DNA of 64,000 bases from Mobula hypostoma (taxonomy: Eukaryota), in assembly GCF_963921235.1 (NCBI RefSeq), contig NC_086109.1:8868001-8932000 (forward strand). Reading direction: 5' to 3'. Positions within the stretch are counted from its first letter, which is position 1, and each line of letters opens with the position of its first letter. Position numbers and translations under genes: made by a program. Below are positions 37,381-52,135 of this stretch, piece by piece. The notes beneath the pieces were generated by a model. The model worked only from the letters and a program-made list of their open reading frames with translations, made no database searches and had not been told where the DNA came from.

Positions 37381-39896
37381 GTGAGGAGGCACTCGATTTG
37401 ACGATAAGGGACAGTCACCGGCAGGACTCAGCCCGAGTCGTGGGATGGAATTGGAGGAGAATGATTTTATTTTAAAATGCAGCATGGTAACAGGCCCGCG
37501 CCTCCCAATTAACCTACTAACCTGAACGTCTTGGCAATGTGGGAGGAAACTTGAGCCCACTCCCACATCGAGGCAGATAAATTGGGGACAATTAAGAGAC
37601 CGATATAGGCACATGCTGTAAAATGGAGGGCTGCGTTGCAGGGAAGAGTTAGATTTGATTGATTATAGCTGGATCCACCGTCCAGACTGTGCTCTCTTAC
37701 TACTGCATCAGGCAGGGGGTGCAGGATCCTCAGGTCCCACACCACCAGGTTCAGGAATCATCAGGCTCCTAGACCAGAGGGTATAACTTCACTCACCCAA
37801 CTCTGAACTGAACACACTTTGGAGGATTCTACATCTCATGTACTCAATATTATTTATTTATTATTATTCTTTTGGTTGCTTGTCAGTCTTTGTGAGTAGT
37901 TTTTCATTGGTTCTGTTGTATTTCTTTGTTGTGCTGTGAATGCATGCAAGAAAATTAATGTCAGCAATGTATATGGTGGCATATATGTACTTTGTACTAA
38001 TTACAACTGAATTGAAGTTATGCAGAAGTTTTAGGCACACACATATATAACTAGGGTGCCTAAGATTTGCACATTAAAATTACCAAAGAACACTAATATT
38101 ATAGAGTAATACAAAGCTAAGTTCTCTTATTTTTGTTTCCCAACTACTCTCCTGTTTTAACTAATATACAGTACTGTGCAAACGTCTTAGGCACACTAGC
38201 AAGAGGTAGGTGCTGAAGACCTTCACAAGTTACTGTAGTTAGCATAAAGAGTTAAAACCATGGAGGATTGTTAGCTAACAGGTTGCAGAGATGTAAAGTA
38301 CTTTATTGCAGATTATATCACTGTTTATCAAAAAATCCCACAATGAGGCAGATAAATTGGGACATTTAAGAAACCCTTAGATAGGTACATCAGTGATAGA
38401 AAATTGGAGGGCTGTGTGGGAGGATTGTGGTTAGATTGATCTTAGTTGGACCTGCCATCCAGGCCATGCTCCTTTCTCGCTGCTGCCATCGGGCTGGAGG
38501 TACAGGAGCCTTAAGGAACAGTTATCAGGCAGATAACTTCACTCACCTCAACTCTGAACACAACCTATGGACTCACTTTCAAGATCTCTACATCTCGTGT
38601 TCTTGCTATCATTTATTTATATTTGTATTGGAAGTTTGTCTTTTGTACAATGGCCGCTCCTCAGTCTTTGTGTGCCTGTAAAATTCAAATATCTAACTTC
38701 TGAAGCTGTAAAACCATGAGGTTAGAGTTTATAATTGACGATGATAGATGAATGACTTTGGATACTGGTTTGACATTTTGTATTGACATAGAGTGTGGAA
38801 CAGGCCCTTCTGGCCTTTTGAGCTGTGCCGACCAGCAATCCCCCAATTTAATCCAAACTTAATCAAGGGACAATTTACAGCGACCAATTATCTTACCAAC
38901 CAGTACGTCTTTGGAATGTGGGAGGAAACGGAAGCTGTCATGGGAAGAACTTACAAGCTGCTTACAAGCAGTGGTGGGAATTGAACCTGGGTCACTGGTA
39001 CTGTAAACTGTTGTGCTAACTACTATGTTACCGCCCCACCCTTTAAGTTTATAAAGAATGAAGCGGTGAAGTGTAAAGGTGAGTTTAGGGGAAGACATAT
39101 GGTATGGTAAAGTAAACAAGAGGAGCTGAATGGTATTTATGATACAAGACCAGGTAATAATCAATGAACTAGCCCCTTTCAGAAGTCAGCCACAAATCAC
39201 CTATATCAGTTATCTCAAATCACATATTGGCCAGAAACACGTGAAAAGACTCTTGGCTTCTCTGAGAAGAATTGACTGGTTTGATGGGGGTAACTGGGAG
39301 ATCCAGGGGCTAATTGACCACAAACTCAATACATTCCACCCTGTCTCAAGAAAGAGGAGGGATAGCAGCTTTCTTGCTGAAGTCGAGGGTCTGGCAGAGA
39401 ACCTGTGAGCTGAAGAGAAGGTGGTGAGTAGAATGAGTACAACTTGCTGACTGTCACATTGTGCGAGGGTTCTTCAACACATGTCACCTACAAACATCCA
39501 AAGCCCATCCCACCCAGAACCAACACTGGCATCAGACTTATCATCACTGTCTTACAGGACCTGTAATTTGTTTATTTGCGGAAGCAATAGAGTGCAAAGA
39601 CATTAAATTACTGTAAGTCACAAAAAATAGATACTGCATAACAAGGGAATAATAGGTTCATGGACTGTTTAGAAATCTGATGGCGGAAGGGAAGAAGCTG
39701 TTCCTGAAATGTTGAGTGTCGGTCTTCAGTCTCCCATACCACCTCCCTGTTGGTAGGAATGATAAGACGGCATGGCCTGGGTGGTGAGGGCCCTTCATAA
39801 TGGATGCCACCTTCTGGAGATGACTTCTCTTAAAAATGGCGTTGATGGTGGGGAGGTTTGTGCTCATGATGGGGCTGGCTGAGTACAACCTCAGCC

Positions 39897-40285
39897 TGTG
39901 TATAAGATGATGAGAGGTGACCTGATAGAGGTGTATAAGATGATGAGAGGCATTGATCGTGTGGATAGTCAGAGGCTTTTTCCCAGGATTCAAATGGCTA
40001 ACACGAGAGGGCACAGTTTTAAGGTGCTTGGAAGTAGGTACAGAGTTGATGTCATGGGTGAGTTTTTTACGCAGCGAGTGGTGAGTGCTTGGAATGGGCT
40101 GCCAGCAACGGTGGTGGAGGCAGATACGATAGGGTCTTTTAAGAGACTCCTGGATAGGTACATCGAGCTTAGAAAAAGAGAGGGCTACGGGTTACCTTAG
40201 GTAATTTCTAAGTAAATACATGTTTGGCACAGCATTGTGGGCCGAAGGGCCTGTATTGTGCTGTAGGTTTTCTGTGTTTCTGTGT
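39897..40285 (+). mobile_element. CR1 LINE 3' fragment
   Basis: RGDLIEVYKMMRGIDRVD..TRGHS..FFTQRVVSAWNGLP; (TTTCTGTG)n tail; nested in an antisense LINE-derived repeat. Confidence 0.85.
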
Positions 40286-40403
40286 GACCCTCTGCAGCTT
40301 CTTACATTGGAGATGAAGGGTCAGGGCAGTTCCCTTCAGGAAGTTGAACTCCACATCCATGACTCTGGTTTGGTTTTACTAATTTGCTGATTCTCTTTCT
40401 CAG

Positions 40404-40555
40404 TGTTTCTCAGATCCCCGCAGTTGAGGGGAAGAGCGTCCAGCAAGCGGTGGAGATGCTCACGAAGAAGTTGGAAATGCTAGGTGCTGTGAAGCAGGGC
40501 ACATTTTGTGTGGACTGTGAAACTTATCATGCAGGACCGACTGTGACCATCCCAG
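40404..40555 (+). CDS. MED20: Mediator subunit 20 coding exon 2
   Basis: [42 protein letters not shown]; tttctcag acceptor, gtaac donor; 152 nt. Confidence 0.97.
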
Positions 40556-42649
40556 GTAACTATCGCGGAATAGCAGTGGGTAGAATAAAAAAAGATGCTG
40601 GAAGTTATCGAGTTTGGCTGTATCTATGGAAAGAGCAATAGAGCTAGCGTTTCAAGTGAAAACTAAATGACGATAAGATGTGGGTGCAGTATTAGGCCAT
40701 TCAGCCCATTGAGTCCATTCTGTCATTTTGCTGAGGCTGAAATTGTTTCAACCCTGTTTGGGGGAGAAGAGAATGTCCAGGGTTGATTATAGTGGCTGCT
40801 TTACCGAAGAAGCGAGGTGAAGATAGAGTCCATGTAGGGGAGGCTGGATTCTCTGATGTGCTGAGTTGTGCCCACAACTCTGGGCTGAGAGGTTGCTGTA
40901 CCAAGCTGTGAGACTTCCAGACAGGATGCTTTCTATGGTGCATCGATAAAAGTTCATGAGGATCAAAGGGGTCATGCCAAGTTTCTTTAGTCTCCTGTTA
41001 ATGTGTGATGTTTACAGAGTTGAAGGATAAAACAAAAGAATAATTTTGACCTTGCCGCCCTGATCTCAAGCAAACTAGAGGAGACCGGGAGCTGGGCCAG
41101 GGTTTGGATATGTTTTCCTTTCCACCCTATTCTGCAAATGATGTGGTCAATGGCAGCTGTTCAGCAATACCAAACTGGGAGTATTTATAAAGTCAATGAA
41201 GTTTCGGTCACTTAGAATATAAAACATCCAACTCACACACTGGCTGAATCAGCTGAGTGGCCTCGTAGCAGCAGTACAGCACAAGGCATACAAAATTACT
41301 GCCAGTCGCAATACCAAATAAATAGAGGAATAGTGAGAGAGTGTTCATGGACCATTCAGAAATCCGATAGCAGTGGGGAAGAGGCTGCTCCTTGAGTATG
41401 GGTCCTCAGGCCTCTGTACCTCCTCCTCCTGATGGTAGGAATCACTTTTGACTATGGACTCACTTTTAAGGACTGCAACTTGTGTTCTTGATATTTATTG
41501 CTTATTTATTACTATTATTTCTTTCTTTTTATATTTGCACTTTTTTTTGTACGCTGGTTCATCTATCTCTGTCATGTGTGGTTTTTCATTGGTTCTGTTG
41601 TGTTTCTTTTTATTTACTGTGAATGCCCACAAGAAAGTGAATCTCAGGGTAGTATAAGCTAACATTCGAGTACTTTGATAGTAAACTTACTTTGAATTTT
41701 GAATATACCTTCTGACGTTAGTGATGAGAATCATGTTACAGATCCTGGAAAAAGTTCAAAGTAAATTTATTATCAAAGTACAAATGTACCACCAAATGAA
41801 ATTCATTTTCTTGCAAACGTATACAGGAAAAAAAAGACATTTATTTTAAAAACTGTACATAAAGGCTGACAAACAACCAATGTGCAAAAAAGACAAACCG
41901 TGTAAATGAAAAATAAATAATACTGAGAACGTGAGTAGAGTCCTTGAAAACGAGTCTGTAGGTTGTGAAATCAGTTCAGAGTTGAGGTGAGTGAAGTTTT
42001 TTCACACCAGTTCAGGAACTTGGTTGTAAGGCAGAGGTTCACACCCTTTTTTATGCCATGGACCAATACATTAAGCAAGGAGTTCATGGACCGCAGATTG
42101 GGAATCCCTGTAGCAAGGTAATAACTGTTCTTGAACCTGGAGGTATGGAACCTAAGGCTTCCTGCCGAATGGTAGTAACCAGAAGAGAGCATGGCCTGGA
42201 TGGTGGGGTCCTTGATGATGGATTCTGCTTTCTTGTGGCAGTGCTCCATGTAAAGGTGCTCAGGGATGGAGAGCTTGTGATGGGCTGTATCCACAGTCCT
42301 TTCTATTCCTGGGCTTAGGTGTTTCAACCTGTGATGCATGCAACCAGTTGGAATACTCAAAATTCATATTATTGTGTAAATTTAACACACTTTTGTTTTG
42401 TACGGTGATAGCAATTGCTTGTTGCAATGTTGAGAGTTATTTAAAAAGCTAATGGACACTCTTATTTCAGGGAGTTAAATACAATAGGATATCAGTTGTG
42501 TAACAGGATTACAAAGCTTTCATTAGCCTTTACATACAGTGTTGAGAATGGTGTTCATTTGGGGGGTATTGTATCTTGGAATGGGTATCTTACTGTCAGA
42601 ATGGATGCATTGCAGATTCCAACACTTTAAGGATTAAATTAATCCTTAA

Positions 42650-43560
42650 GGTGGCAGTGTTAGCTGTGAGGAGGATGCTAAGAGGATGCAGGGTGACTTG
42701 GATAGGTTGGGTGAGTGGGCAAATTCATGGCAGATGCAATTTAATGTGGATAAATGTGAAGTTATCCACTTTGGTGGCAAAAATAGGAAAACAGATTATT
42801 ATCTGAATGGTGGCCGATTAGGAAAAGGGGAGGTGCAACGAGACCTGGGTGTCATTATACACCAGTCATTGAAAGTGGGCATGCAGGTACAGCAGGCGGT
42901 GAAAAAGGCGAATGGTATGCTGGCATTTATAGCGAGAGGATTAGAGTACAGGAGCAGGGAGGTACTACTGCAGTTGTACAAGGCCTTGGTGAGACCACAC
43001 CTGGAGTATTGTGTGCAGTTTTGGTCCCCTAATCTGAGGAAAGACATCCTTGCCTTAGAGGGAGTACAAAGAAGGTTCACCAGATTGATTCCTGGGATGG
43101 CAGGACTTTCATATGAAGAAAGACTGGATGAACTGGGCTTGTACTCGTTGGAATTTAGAAGATTGAGAGGGGATCTGATTGAAACGTATAAGATCCTAAA
43201 GGGATTGGACAGGCTAGATGCAGGAAGATTGTTCCCGATGTTGGGGAAGTCCAGAACGAGGGGCCACAGTTTGAGGATAGAGGGGAAGCCTTTTAGGACC
43301 GAGATTAGGAAAAACTTCTTCACACAGAGAGTGGTGAATCTGTGGAATTCTCTGCCACAGGAAACAGTTGAGGCCAGTTCATTGGCTATATTTAAGAGGG
43401 AGTTAGATATGGCCCTTGTGGCTACGGGGGTCAGGGAATATGGTGGGAAGGCTGGGGCGGGGTTCTGAGTTGGATGATCAGTCATGATCATAATAAATGG
43501 CGGTGCAGGCTCGAAGGGCCGAATGGCCTACTCCTGCACCTATTTTCTATGTTTCTATGT
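42650..43560 (+). mobile_element. Young CR1 LINE 3' fragment
   Basis: Open ORF 42686-43468 with WQMQFNVDKC, LVRPHLEYCVQFWSP, RRLRGDLIETYK, FFTQRVVNLWNSLP; (TTTCTATG)n tail. Confidence 0.93.
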
Positions 43561-45714
43561 AAATTAGGAGCATGTTGCATAGACAGGCCTGAATTCTCTT
43601 TACTATATAGGATTAAGAGATGACCTAATTTAAGTGCTTAAGATGATTAAGAGATCTAATGGTGAGATAGAGAGGAGCTGTCCCCTCTGATAAGAGGATT
43701 GTAGAATGTGGTGCCCAAACAGTAAAATTAGAACCCGCCATTTATAGTTAGTTTCAGGAAGCAATTCTTCACACACAAAATCTGGCACTTTCTTTCTCAA
43801 TAAGTGGAGACAGGAAGGTAGTGTAGTGGTAGTGGTTAGCACAACACTTTATAGTACCAGCAACCTGGGTTCAATTCCCGCCGCTGTCTGTTAGCAGCTG
43901 GTACGTTTCTCCCCGTGACTGCATGGGTTTCGTCCAGGTATTCTGGTTTCCTCCCACAGTCCAAACATGTACCAGTTGGTAGGTTAATTGGTCATTGTAA
44001 CTTGTCCCGTGGTTGGGCTACCGTTAAATCAGGGGATTACTGGGCAGTGCAGCTCGTAAGGTCGGAAGGGCCTGTTCTATACTGTGTCAGGATAAAATAA
44101 AACTGCGAGTGACTGCTTTTATGCATATCCAAGATGGATAGATAATTATCATAAATAAATCAGCTGCAACCTCATTGCATCCAGCTGAATGATGGGAAGG
44201 CTTGTGTAACTCCTGTTTCAGTGTTCCAAATAGGGTCACTGAAATTGCCTCAAATATCCCCATCCTGGAGAGAGAGAATATGCCTGCTCCTGTCCTGAAA
44301 TAGTATACATGTGTGTGCCATATGTGAAGCTACACACTGCTCACTATTGCATGTCCTAGGAGGTGACTTGTTAAAGCTAGGCTTTGATCTTCCCTCTAGG
44401 TGGTAGAATTCTCTTCCTGTTTGGACATTTTGCTCTTTGTCCTTTGAAGTCTGATTCACCAATACTTAGTCACATCTTAAATATATGTTTACTGAAGTAT
44501 TCTGCAGAAGAATTCTCCTGTTGTGTATTTTTGTCTTATCTAAGTTTCCAGTTCACTGCATCCTCTCACCCTTCAATACAAGTGAAGTTCAGCCAGAAAT
44601 CATAGTAGGGAGAAATGTCAGCATTTGGCCAGAGTTCCTGAGCAGAACGGGGGAATTATCCTGATGTTTTTGACTTATTCAATGGAAAATGTGCAGTGGG
44701 ACACTGCGTCACTTGGTGTGATATAACTGGAGAGCTGATAGAATGTTGAAATGCGATTACAAAGAACGACCATCTGGTCGAGGTACCAGCGGTGATCATT
44801 TCTAATGGAACCTGAAGCCAGCTTGAACATATGCCTTCAAAGGAGACTAAGTGGGTCAATAAATATCTGACGACAGTGCCCCGCTACGCGAAGACTCAGA
44901 TTCTGTGTGTGCAATGGTGGGCAATTTACTGCGTCTTTATTAGAAGCGGTGGCTGGATTGAATGTGACCTCTATGGGGTTGAAAGTACAAAGAGGGTTTA
45001 ACCCTTCGTGCATCCTGCGACCATTCCTTCTAATGAGATCCATCTTCCTGTCCTCAGCCCCTCAGCACCCTTCATCCCCCCGACCCCCCCATGCACTGCC
45101 ACTTTATGTTTACAGTCCACATCTCATACCTGCACTGGCGTAGTCACTAACCTACTATTTCTTCAATTCAGTTCAAGTTTTAATTGTCATTCAGCCATAC
45201 ATGAATACTCATGTAGCCAAACGAGGCAACATTACTCTGGGGCCAAGATACAAAACTCAGTACTAACAGTCACACAACAGCACAAGGCACACATAGCAAG
45301 TACAAAATAGCAAGCATATTAAGGTATCAGTAAGATACAGCCACGCGATGGATAAGGCCATCGATGCCACAGAAATCTGCAGTTGACCACAACAGAGCTT
45401 TGCTTCTGCCAAACGAACACTGGGGGGTGCAGCATCAATTCTGGATGTGGCGCCACGCTGCCCCAGTGGAGCACATTGGCTCCAATGCCTCTCTCCTGGC
45501 AGCTTTATAAACCTAAAGCCTCACTTTATGTACATACATTCAGTCCATATAAGCTAATTTATGTATATACGGCCACAAAACAGTTACTGTACGTTATGTT
45601 TTATAGAATTGCTTTTATATTTATATATATTTTATCCTTATTGTGTCTTTCTTTTTATGCTGTATCTGATCTGGAATAACAATCTCTCTGTTTCTCATCT
45701 GAAAGATTAAGGTG

Positions 45715-46740
45715 CAGGGATCGATGGTGAATTGGCTATTTGGATTCAGAACTGGCTTGCCTATAGAAGACAGGGTGGTTGTCAAAGGGATTTATTCTAG
45801 ATGGAGGTCTGTGAATAGTGGTGTTCTGTAGGGATCTGTACTGGGATTCCTTCCTGCTTATGATATATGTAAACCTGTATGAAAATGTAGATGGTATGTT
45901 AGTAAGTTTGCAGATGATACAACGATTGGTGGTGTTGTGGATAGCGTAGAAGACTGGCAAAGAATACAGCAGAGTATAGATCAGTTGCAGATAGGTGGTA
46001 GAAATGGCAGATGGAGTTTAACCCAACCAAATATGAAGTGTTGCACCTGGGTAGGTAAAATGTAAAGAGACGGTACACTGTTACGAAAAAAATGTTAATG
46101 AGCAGCGGGACATTGCAGTCCAAATTCATAACTCGCTGGAAGTGGCTACAGAGGTTGATAGAATGGTTAGGAGGGAAATAAGGCATGCTTGTCTTTATTA
46201 GTCAGGACACTGAGTTCGAAAGTCAAAGTTACATTACGGCTTTTTAAAGCTCTAGTTAGGCCACATCTGGAGTATTGTATAAGGTTCTGGTCACCTAGTA
46301 TAGGAAGGATGTTGAGGCCTTGGAGAGGGTGCAGCAGGGGTTTACCAGGATGCTGCCTGGATTAGAGAGCATGAGAAGTTGGACAGACTTGAGATTATTT
46401 CCCTTTGGATGGGCAGAGGCTGAAGGGAGATCTGATAGAGGCTTATAAGATTATGAGAGGCATAGACAGATGGTATCTGTTTCCCAAAGCTGAAATGTCT
46501 AATACCTGAGGGCATGCATTTAGGGTGAAAGGGGGCAATTTTAAAGCAGGTGTGAGGGGCATGTTTTTTGCGCAGGAAGTGGGGGCTGCCTGGGGTGGTG
46601 GTAGAGGCAGATACATTAGGAACTTCCAAGAGACAATTAAGTAGGTACATGACTGTGAGGAAAATGGAGGTATATGGATATTGTGTAGTCATAAAGGATT
46701 AGTTTAGTTGGCCATCTTATTACTATTTTAATTGATTTGG
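45715..46740 (+). mobile_element. Degenerate CR1 LINE fragment
   Basis: SKFADDT and VRPHLEYC remnants with many stops. Confidence 0.8.
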
Positions 46741-46874
46741 TAGGTCGTCATTGATAATAAAATAACTGTATCCGGAGAGCATGCATGCATGTACGTACAC
46801 ACACACACACACTTACACACTTACTTACAACTCAAACATACTTTTATTTGGTAAAAATAATTTATTTGGCCCCT

Positions 46875-47262
46875 TGGTATGAATATTGAATTCTCCAACT
46901 TCCGGTTGTCCCCTCCCACTCCCTTCCCCCATCCCAGTTTCACTCTGCCCCCTCCCCCAGCTGCCTATCACCTCCTTCATGGTTCTGCCTCCTTCTACTA
47001 CCCATTGTACTTTCCCCTATTCCTTCTTCACCTTTCCTGCCTATCCCTTCCCTGCTTCCCCTCCCCTAGCCCTTTATCTTTCCCCTTACTGGTTTTTCAC
47101 CTGGAACCTACCAGCCTTCTCCTTCCCACCCTCCCCCCACCTTCTTTACAGGGCCTCTGCCCCTTCCCCCTAGAGTCCTGACAAAGGGTTCCGGCCCGAA
47201 ACGTTGACTGATCATTTCCACAGATGCTGTCCAACCTGCTGAGTTCCTCCAGCATGTTGTGA
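46875..47262 (+). mobile_element. Penelope-like 3' fragment
   Basis: MNIEFSNFR terminus, C/T-rich UTR, degenerate hammerhead core CTGACAA...GAAACGTT. Confidence 0.8.
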
Positions 47263-47887
47263 GTGATACTTTTATTTTACTTGTGCACAAGGACAACAGC
47301 ATGGCCTCTGTCACCATACTGTTGTGAAGCCAGCATAGACAACTGCTATTTCTATACAGAATTATCTTTATCAGTTACGGATATTGGCCATTTGGTAAAT
47401 TATGTATGTTTGAATTCCTTACTTGCAAGATCAATTGCCATTTACAATAAAAGTGTTAAAAGTCAATCAAAGCTTCAAGCTGACAACCAACAATATTTTG
47501 AAGTTAGTAAAGCAATTATCCTTTAGTTGTGAGGTGTAATTTACATCCTTCTGTTGTCCTTATCTCATCTGCCTCTGCCCCACTGTGTAAAGTGTGTTAA
47601 GGGAATCTATGTTCTTCTAGGTTCATTACACAGTGCCACAGTCATTCCCACCTGTCTGTCTGCAATGAGCAAGGTTGGCTCCGGCAGTTTCACTTCAAAG
47701 CTCTTCCTTGTCTGGGTTTGACTACACACCGCTTCCTCAATCTTGCCTGGATGTTGTCCTTAACCCTTGCCTAACCGCAGGTTCTATAGGCAAAACGTGG
47801 GCTGAAGGGCTTGTTCCTCAGTTGCACTGTTCTATACACTCGTGCTGAAGAACGACAATAAACAATATTGAATCTATCTTTCATCAG

Positions 47888-48141
47888 GGCAGCCTGCGAA
47901 GTTCATGTACGTTATGCACAACACTGAGTATCCTCTTAGCTGCTTTGCGCTTTTTGAAAACGGGCCCTACCTGGTTGCCGACACAAACTTCGACACGCTC
48001 ATGGTCAAGCTGAAGGGGTTTTTCCAGAATGCCAAGAGTAACAAGATTGAAAGCCGAGGGCCTCGCTATCAGTATGGTGACTTTCTGATAAAGGTTGGGA
48101 CAGTTACCATGGGACCCAGTGTCCGTGGCATAACTGTTGAG
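47888..48141 (+). CDS. MED20: Mediator subunit 20 coding exon 3
   Basis: [27 protein letters not shown]...[16 protein letters not shown]; cag acceptor, gtaaat donor; 254 nt. Confidence 0.97.
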
Positions 48142-49264
48142 GTAAATCCATTAAATCATCTCTATTTAGGTTACTGATGATTATGCTGTATTCCTTTTTA
48201 GATATTTGTGACACTGTTTCTAATTAAAATCAGAATCAGGTTTAAACAGAAATCAGTATTTCTGTTTTTTGTACTTTTTTAATCTATTCAGTATACGTGT
48301 ACTATAATTGATTTACTTATTATTTTTATTTCATTTATTATTATTTTATCTATATCATGTATTGCATTGAACTGCTGCTTCTAAATTAACAAATTTCATG
48401 TCACATGCCAGTGATGATAAACCTGATTCTGAAGTGGATAGTACTATTTTACTGGCTGAAATTTCATGAACTGTTTGCATACATCTTAAACAATAGCAGT
48501 GGACAATGGCAACATCATTGACAGCTTGAAGAGACAAATTCTGACCATGTAAAACTACTTGCTTGCAGATATAATCTATTAATACCACCTTTATGTCTCA
48601 CAATAATGTGAATGCATTGCATTTAGATTTAAACTGCCTGAGTTTGAAATGATTTGCTGAGAATGGGTCAAAAGCAATCAATAAACTGAAATGTACAAAT
48701 GTACAAACTTAATATTACCGGCCTATGCTAAAAAATTTCTTGTCTTTGCATTAGTTGTACAGTGCAATACATAATAATAGAGAAAAAACCTGTAAATTAC
48801 AGTACTTATATATAAAATAGTTAAATAGGTAGTGAAAATAGAAATTTAAAAAAGTAGTTAAGTAGTGTTCATGAGTTCAATGGCCATTCAGAAATCGGAT
48901 GCTAGAGGGGAGGAAGCTGTTCCTGACTTGTTGAGTATGTGTCTTTAGCCTCCTGTACCTCCTCCCTGATGGTGGCAATGAGAACAAGGCATATCCTGGG
49001 TAATGGGGGTCCTTAACAATGGATATCGCATTTTTAAGGCATCGCTCCTTAGAGAAGTCCTTGATGCTGGCGAGGCTAGTGCCCATGATGGAGCTGACTA
49101 AGTTCACAGCTCACTGCAGTTTATTTTGATCCTGTGTAGTTCCTCCCTCCCCCACCATACTAGACAGTGATGCAACCAGTTAGAATGCTTTCCGTGGTAT
49201 ATCTGTAGAAATCTATGAGTGTCTTTGGTGACATACCAAACCTCCTCAAACTCCCAATAAAATA

Positions 49265-50635
49265 TAGTCTTACTTCAGTGGTTGGTAAGTTCATGGAGAA
49301 GATCCTGAGAGGCAGGATTTATGAACATTTGGAGAGGCATAATATGATTAGGAATAGTCAGCTTGGCTTTGCCAAAGGCAGGTCATGCCTTATGAACCGG
49401 ATTGAATTTTTTGAGGTTGTGACTAAACACATTGATGAAAGTAGAGCAATAGATGTAGTGAAAATGGATTTCAGCGAGGCATTTGATAAGGTACCCCAAG
49501 CAAGGCTTATTGAGAAAGTAAGGAGGCATGGGATCCAAGGGGACCATGCTTTGTGGATCCAGAATTGGCTTGCCCACAGAAGGCAAAGAGTGGTTGTAGA
49601 CAGGTCATATTCTGCATGGCGGTTGGTGGCCAGTGGTGTGGCTCATCCATCTGTTCTGGGACCCCTACTCCTCGTGATTTTTATAAATGACCTGAATGAG
49701 GAAGTGGAGAGATGGGTTAGTAAGTTTGCTGATGATACAAAGATTGGGAGTGTTGTGGATATTGTGCAGGGCTGTCAGAGGTTACAGCGGGACATTGATA
49801 GGATGCAAAACTGGGCTGAGAAGTGGCAGTTGGAGTTCAACCTAGATAAGTGTGAAGTGGTTCATTTTGGTAGGTCAAATATGATGGCAGAATGTAGTAT
49901 TAATGGTAAGACTCTTAGCAGTGTGGAGGATCAGAGGGTTCTTGGGGTCCGAGTCCATAGGACACTTAAAGCTGCTTCACAGGTTGACTGTATGGTTAAG
50001 AAGGCATATGGTGCATTGGCCTTTGTCAACCATGGAATTGAGTTCAAGAGCCAAGAGGTAATGTTACAGCTTTATAGGACCCTGGTCAGACCCCACTTGG
50101 AGTACTGTGCTCAGTTCTGGTCACCTCATTACAGGAAGGATGTGGAAACTATAGAAAGGATGCAGAGGAGATTTACAAGGATGTTGCCTGGATTGGGGAG
50201 CATGCCTTATGAGAATAGCTTGAGTGAACTTGGCCTTTTCTCCTTGGAGTGACGGAGGATGAGAGGTGACCTGATAGAGGTGTATAAGATGATGAGGGGC
50301 ATTGATCGTGTAGATAGTCAGAGGCTTTTTCCCAGGGCTGAAATGACTAACATGAGAGGGCACAGTTTTAAGGTGCTTGGAAGTAGGTACAGAGGAGATG
50401 TCAGGTAGGTTTTTTACGCAGAGAGTGGTGAGTGCATGGAATGGGCTGCTGGCGACGGTGGTGGAGGCGGATACAATCGGGTCTTTTAAGAGACTCCTGG
50501 ATAGGTACATGGAGCTTAGAAAAATAGAGGGCTATGGGTAACCCAAGGTCATTTCTAAAGTGAGTACAGTACCTGTTCGGCACAGCATTGTGGGCCGAAG
50601 GGCCTGTATTGTGCTGTAGGTTTTTTGTGTTTCTG
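49265..50635 (+). mobile_element. CR1 LINE RT-to-3' fragment nested in an antisense Rex1-like fragment
   Basis: SLTSVVGK, DFSEAFDKV, SVLGPLL, KFADDTK, LVRPHLEYC; premature TGA at 50250-50252. Confidence 0.92.
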
Positions 50636-51449
50636 CTCCCCCTGAGGACTGGTGTGTGTTCCCTCGTCTTATTCTTCGTGAAGTTCACAATTAGTTCATT
50701 GGGTTCTTTATAATATTTATACTTTGGAGAAGTAGAGTCTGTTTTATCATTCCACAACTGGTAGATTGGTCCAATCAAAGCTAAAAACTGCTTGGTGCAA
50801 ATTGTACATCAAAGTTGACTGGTACATTTAGCATCCTCACTAAATTGCACTGTTGTCTGTTGATTAAATCGTCACCCAGCAAATTGAATTTATACAGTTA
50901 GTTTAGCCCATCACCCCTACAGGGGTATGGGCCAGTGACAACAGCTGGTCAGAGTCTCTGTCCCGGGCCAGTCTGGTGCTGGTCCAGGTTGATAGAAGGT
51001 TGATTAGCCCTGTGTCTTCCATGGACTAGAGGCTTTCATCACATGGTTTTGTACACCTTCTAGGTGAAGATCTTCCCTTTCCCAGGGATGAGGTCTTTGG
51101 AGTTTCTGTTGGTGTTTCTACAGCACCAAGTTTTTACAGGCGGTTGCTAGCCTCATGCCCATTCCTCCTCCTTTCACAGCCGAGGTTGGGATCATCCATG
51201 GCAGAGTTGAATCTATCCAGTTATCTTCAAACCAGTAGATTAACACACTCTGCTGAAGAGAAACAATTCCTCTCTTTCTGTCAGTTGTCTTGGGACTTTC
51301 AAATAATACACACCAAGTACAAACAGATTTTATTCTATTAAAAGTTGGAGAAAAACTGTACCAAAAATGTGTAATTAATTTCAAAAACATGCGAAAGGTG
51401 GAAAGAATTGTAAAAAGATTAGGTCAAATGCTTGAATCAAGATCATAGA

Positions 51450-52135
51450 GCACCAAAGCACAATAAAGGCTCTCCAACCTGCAATATTATGCCAAGCTGT
51501 TAACCTACCCTGAGATCAAACTAAAGAATGTGTAATTAATCTCTTCCCTTCTATATAGCCCTACATTTTTCTAACATCCATCTGTCTATCTAAGAGTTTC
51601 TTAAATGCCACTAACATATCTTCCTTTACCACCACCCTGGACAAGGTGTTCCACACACTCACCACTCTGTGTGTGGAAAAAAAAGCACAAACAAACCTAC
51701 CTCTGACATCCTCCAATAACCTTAAAGTTATGTCCCCTTGTAGTAGTAGCCATTTCTTCCCTGGGGGAGAAAAGTCTCTGACTATCTACACCTATACATA
51801 CACGTACTTGTGTGTGTAGAACATAGAACAGTACAGGCCCTTCGGCTCACAATGTTGTGCTGACCCTTAAACCCTGCCTCCCATATAACCCTCCCCACCT
51901 TAAATTCCTCCATATACCTGTCTAGTAGTCTCTTAAACTTCACTAGTGTATCTGCCTGCACCACTGACTCAGGCAGTGCATTCCACACACCAACCACTCT
52001 CTGAGTAAAAAAACCTTCCTCTAACATCCCCCTTGAACTTCCCACCCCTTACCTTAAAGCTATGTGGTCTTGTATTGAGCAGTGGTGCCCTGGGGAAGAG
52101 GCGCTGGCTGTCCACTCTATCTATTCCTCTTAATA
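51450..52135 (-). mobile_element. Two adjacent/nested CR1 3' fragments
   Basis: FFTQRVVGVWNALPESVVQADT..FKRLLD on minus; (CATAGAA)n tail. Confidence 0.75.

Noticed and set aside
36873..37614. Repetitive ORFs or a CRISPR-like array
   Set aside because: Head-to-tail 83-bp tandem repeat without unique spacers, in a vertebrate genome with no cas genes
42799..43491. 230-aa minus-strand ORF
   Set aside because: Antisense shadow of the CR1 ORF
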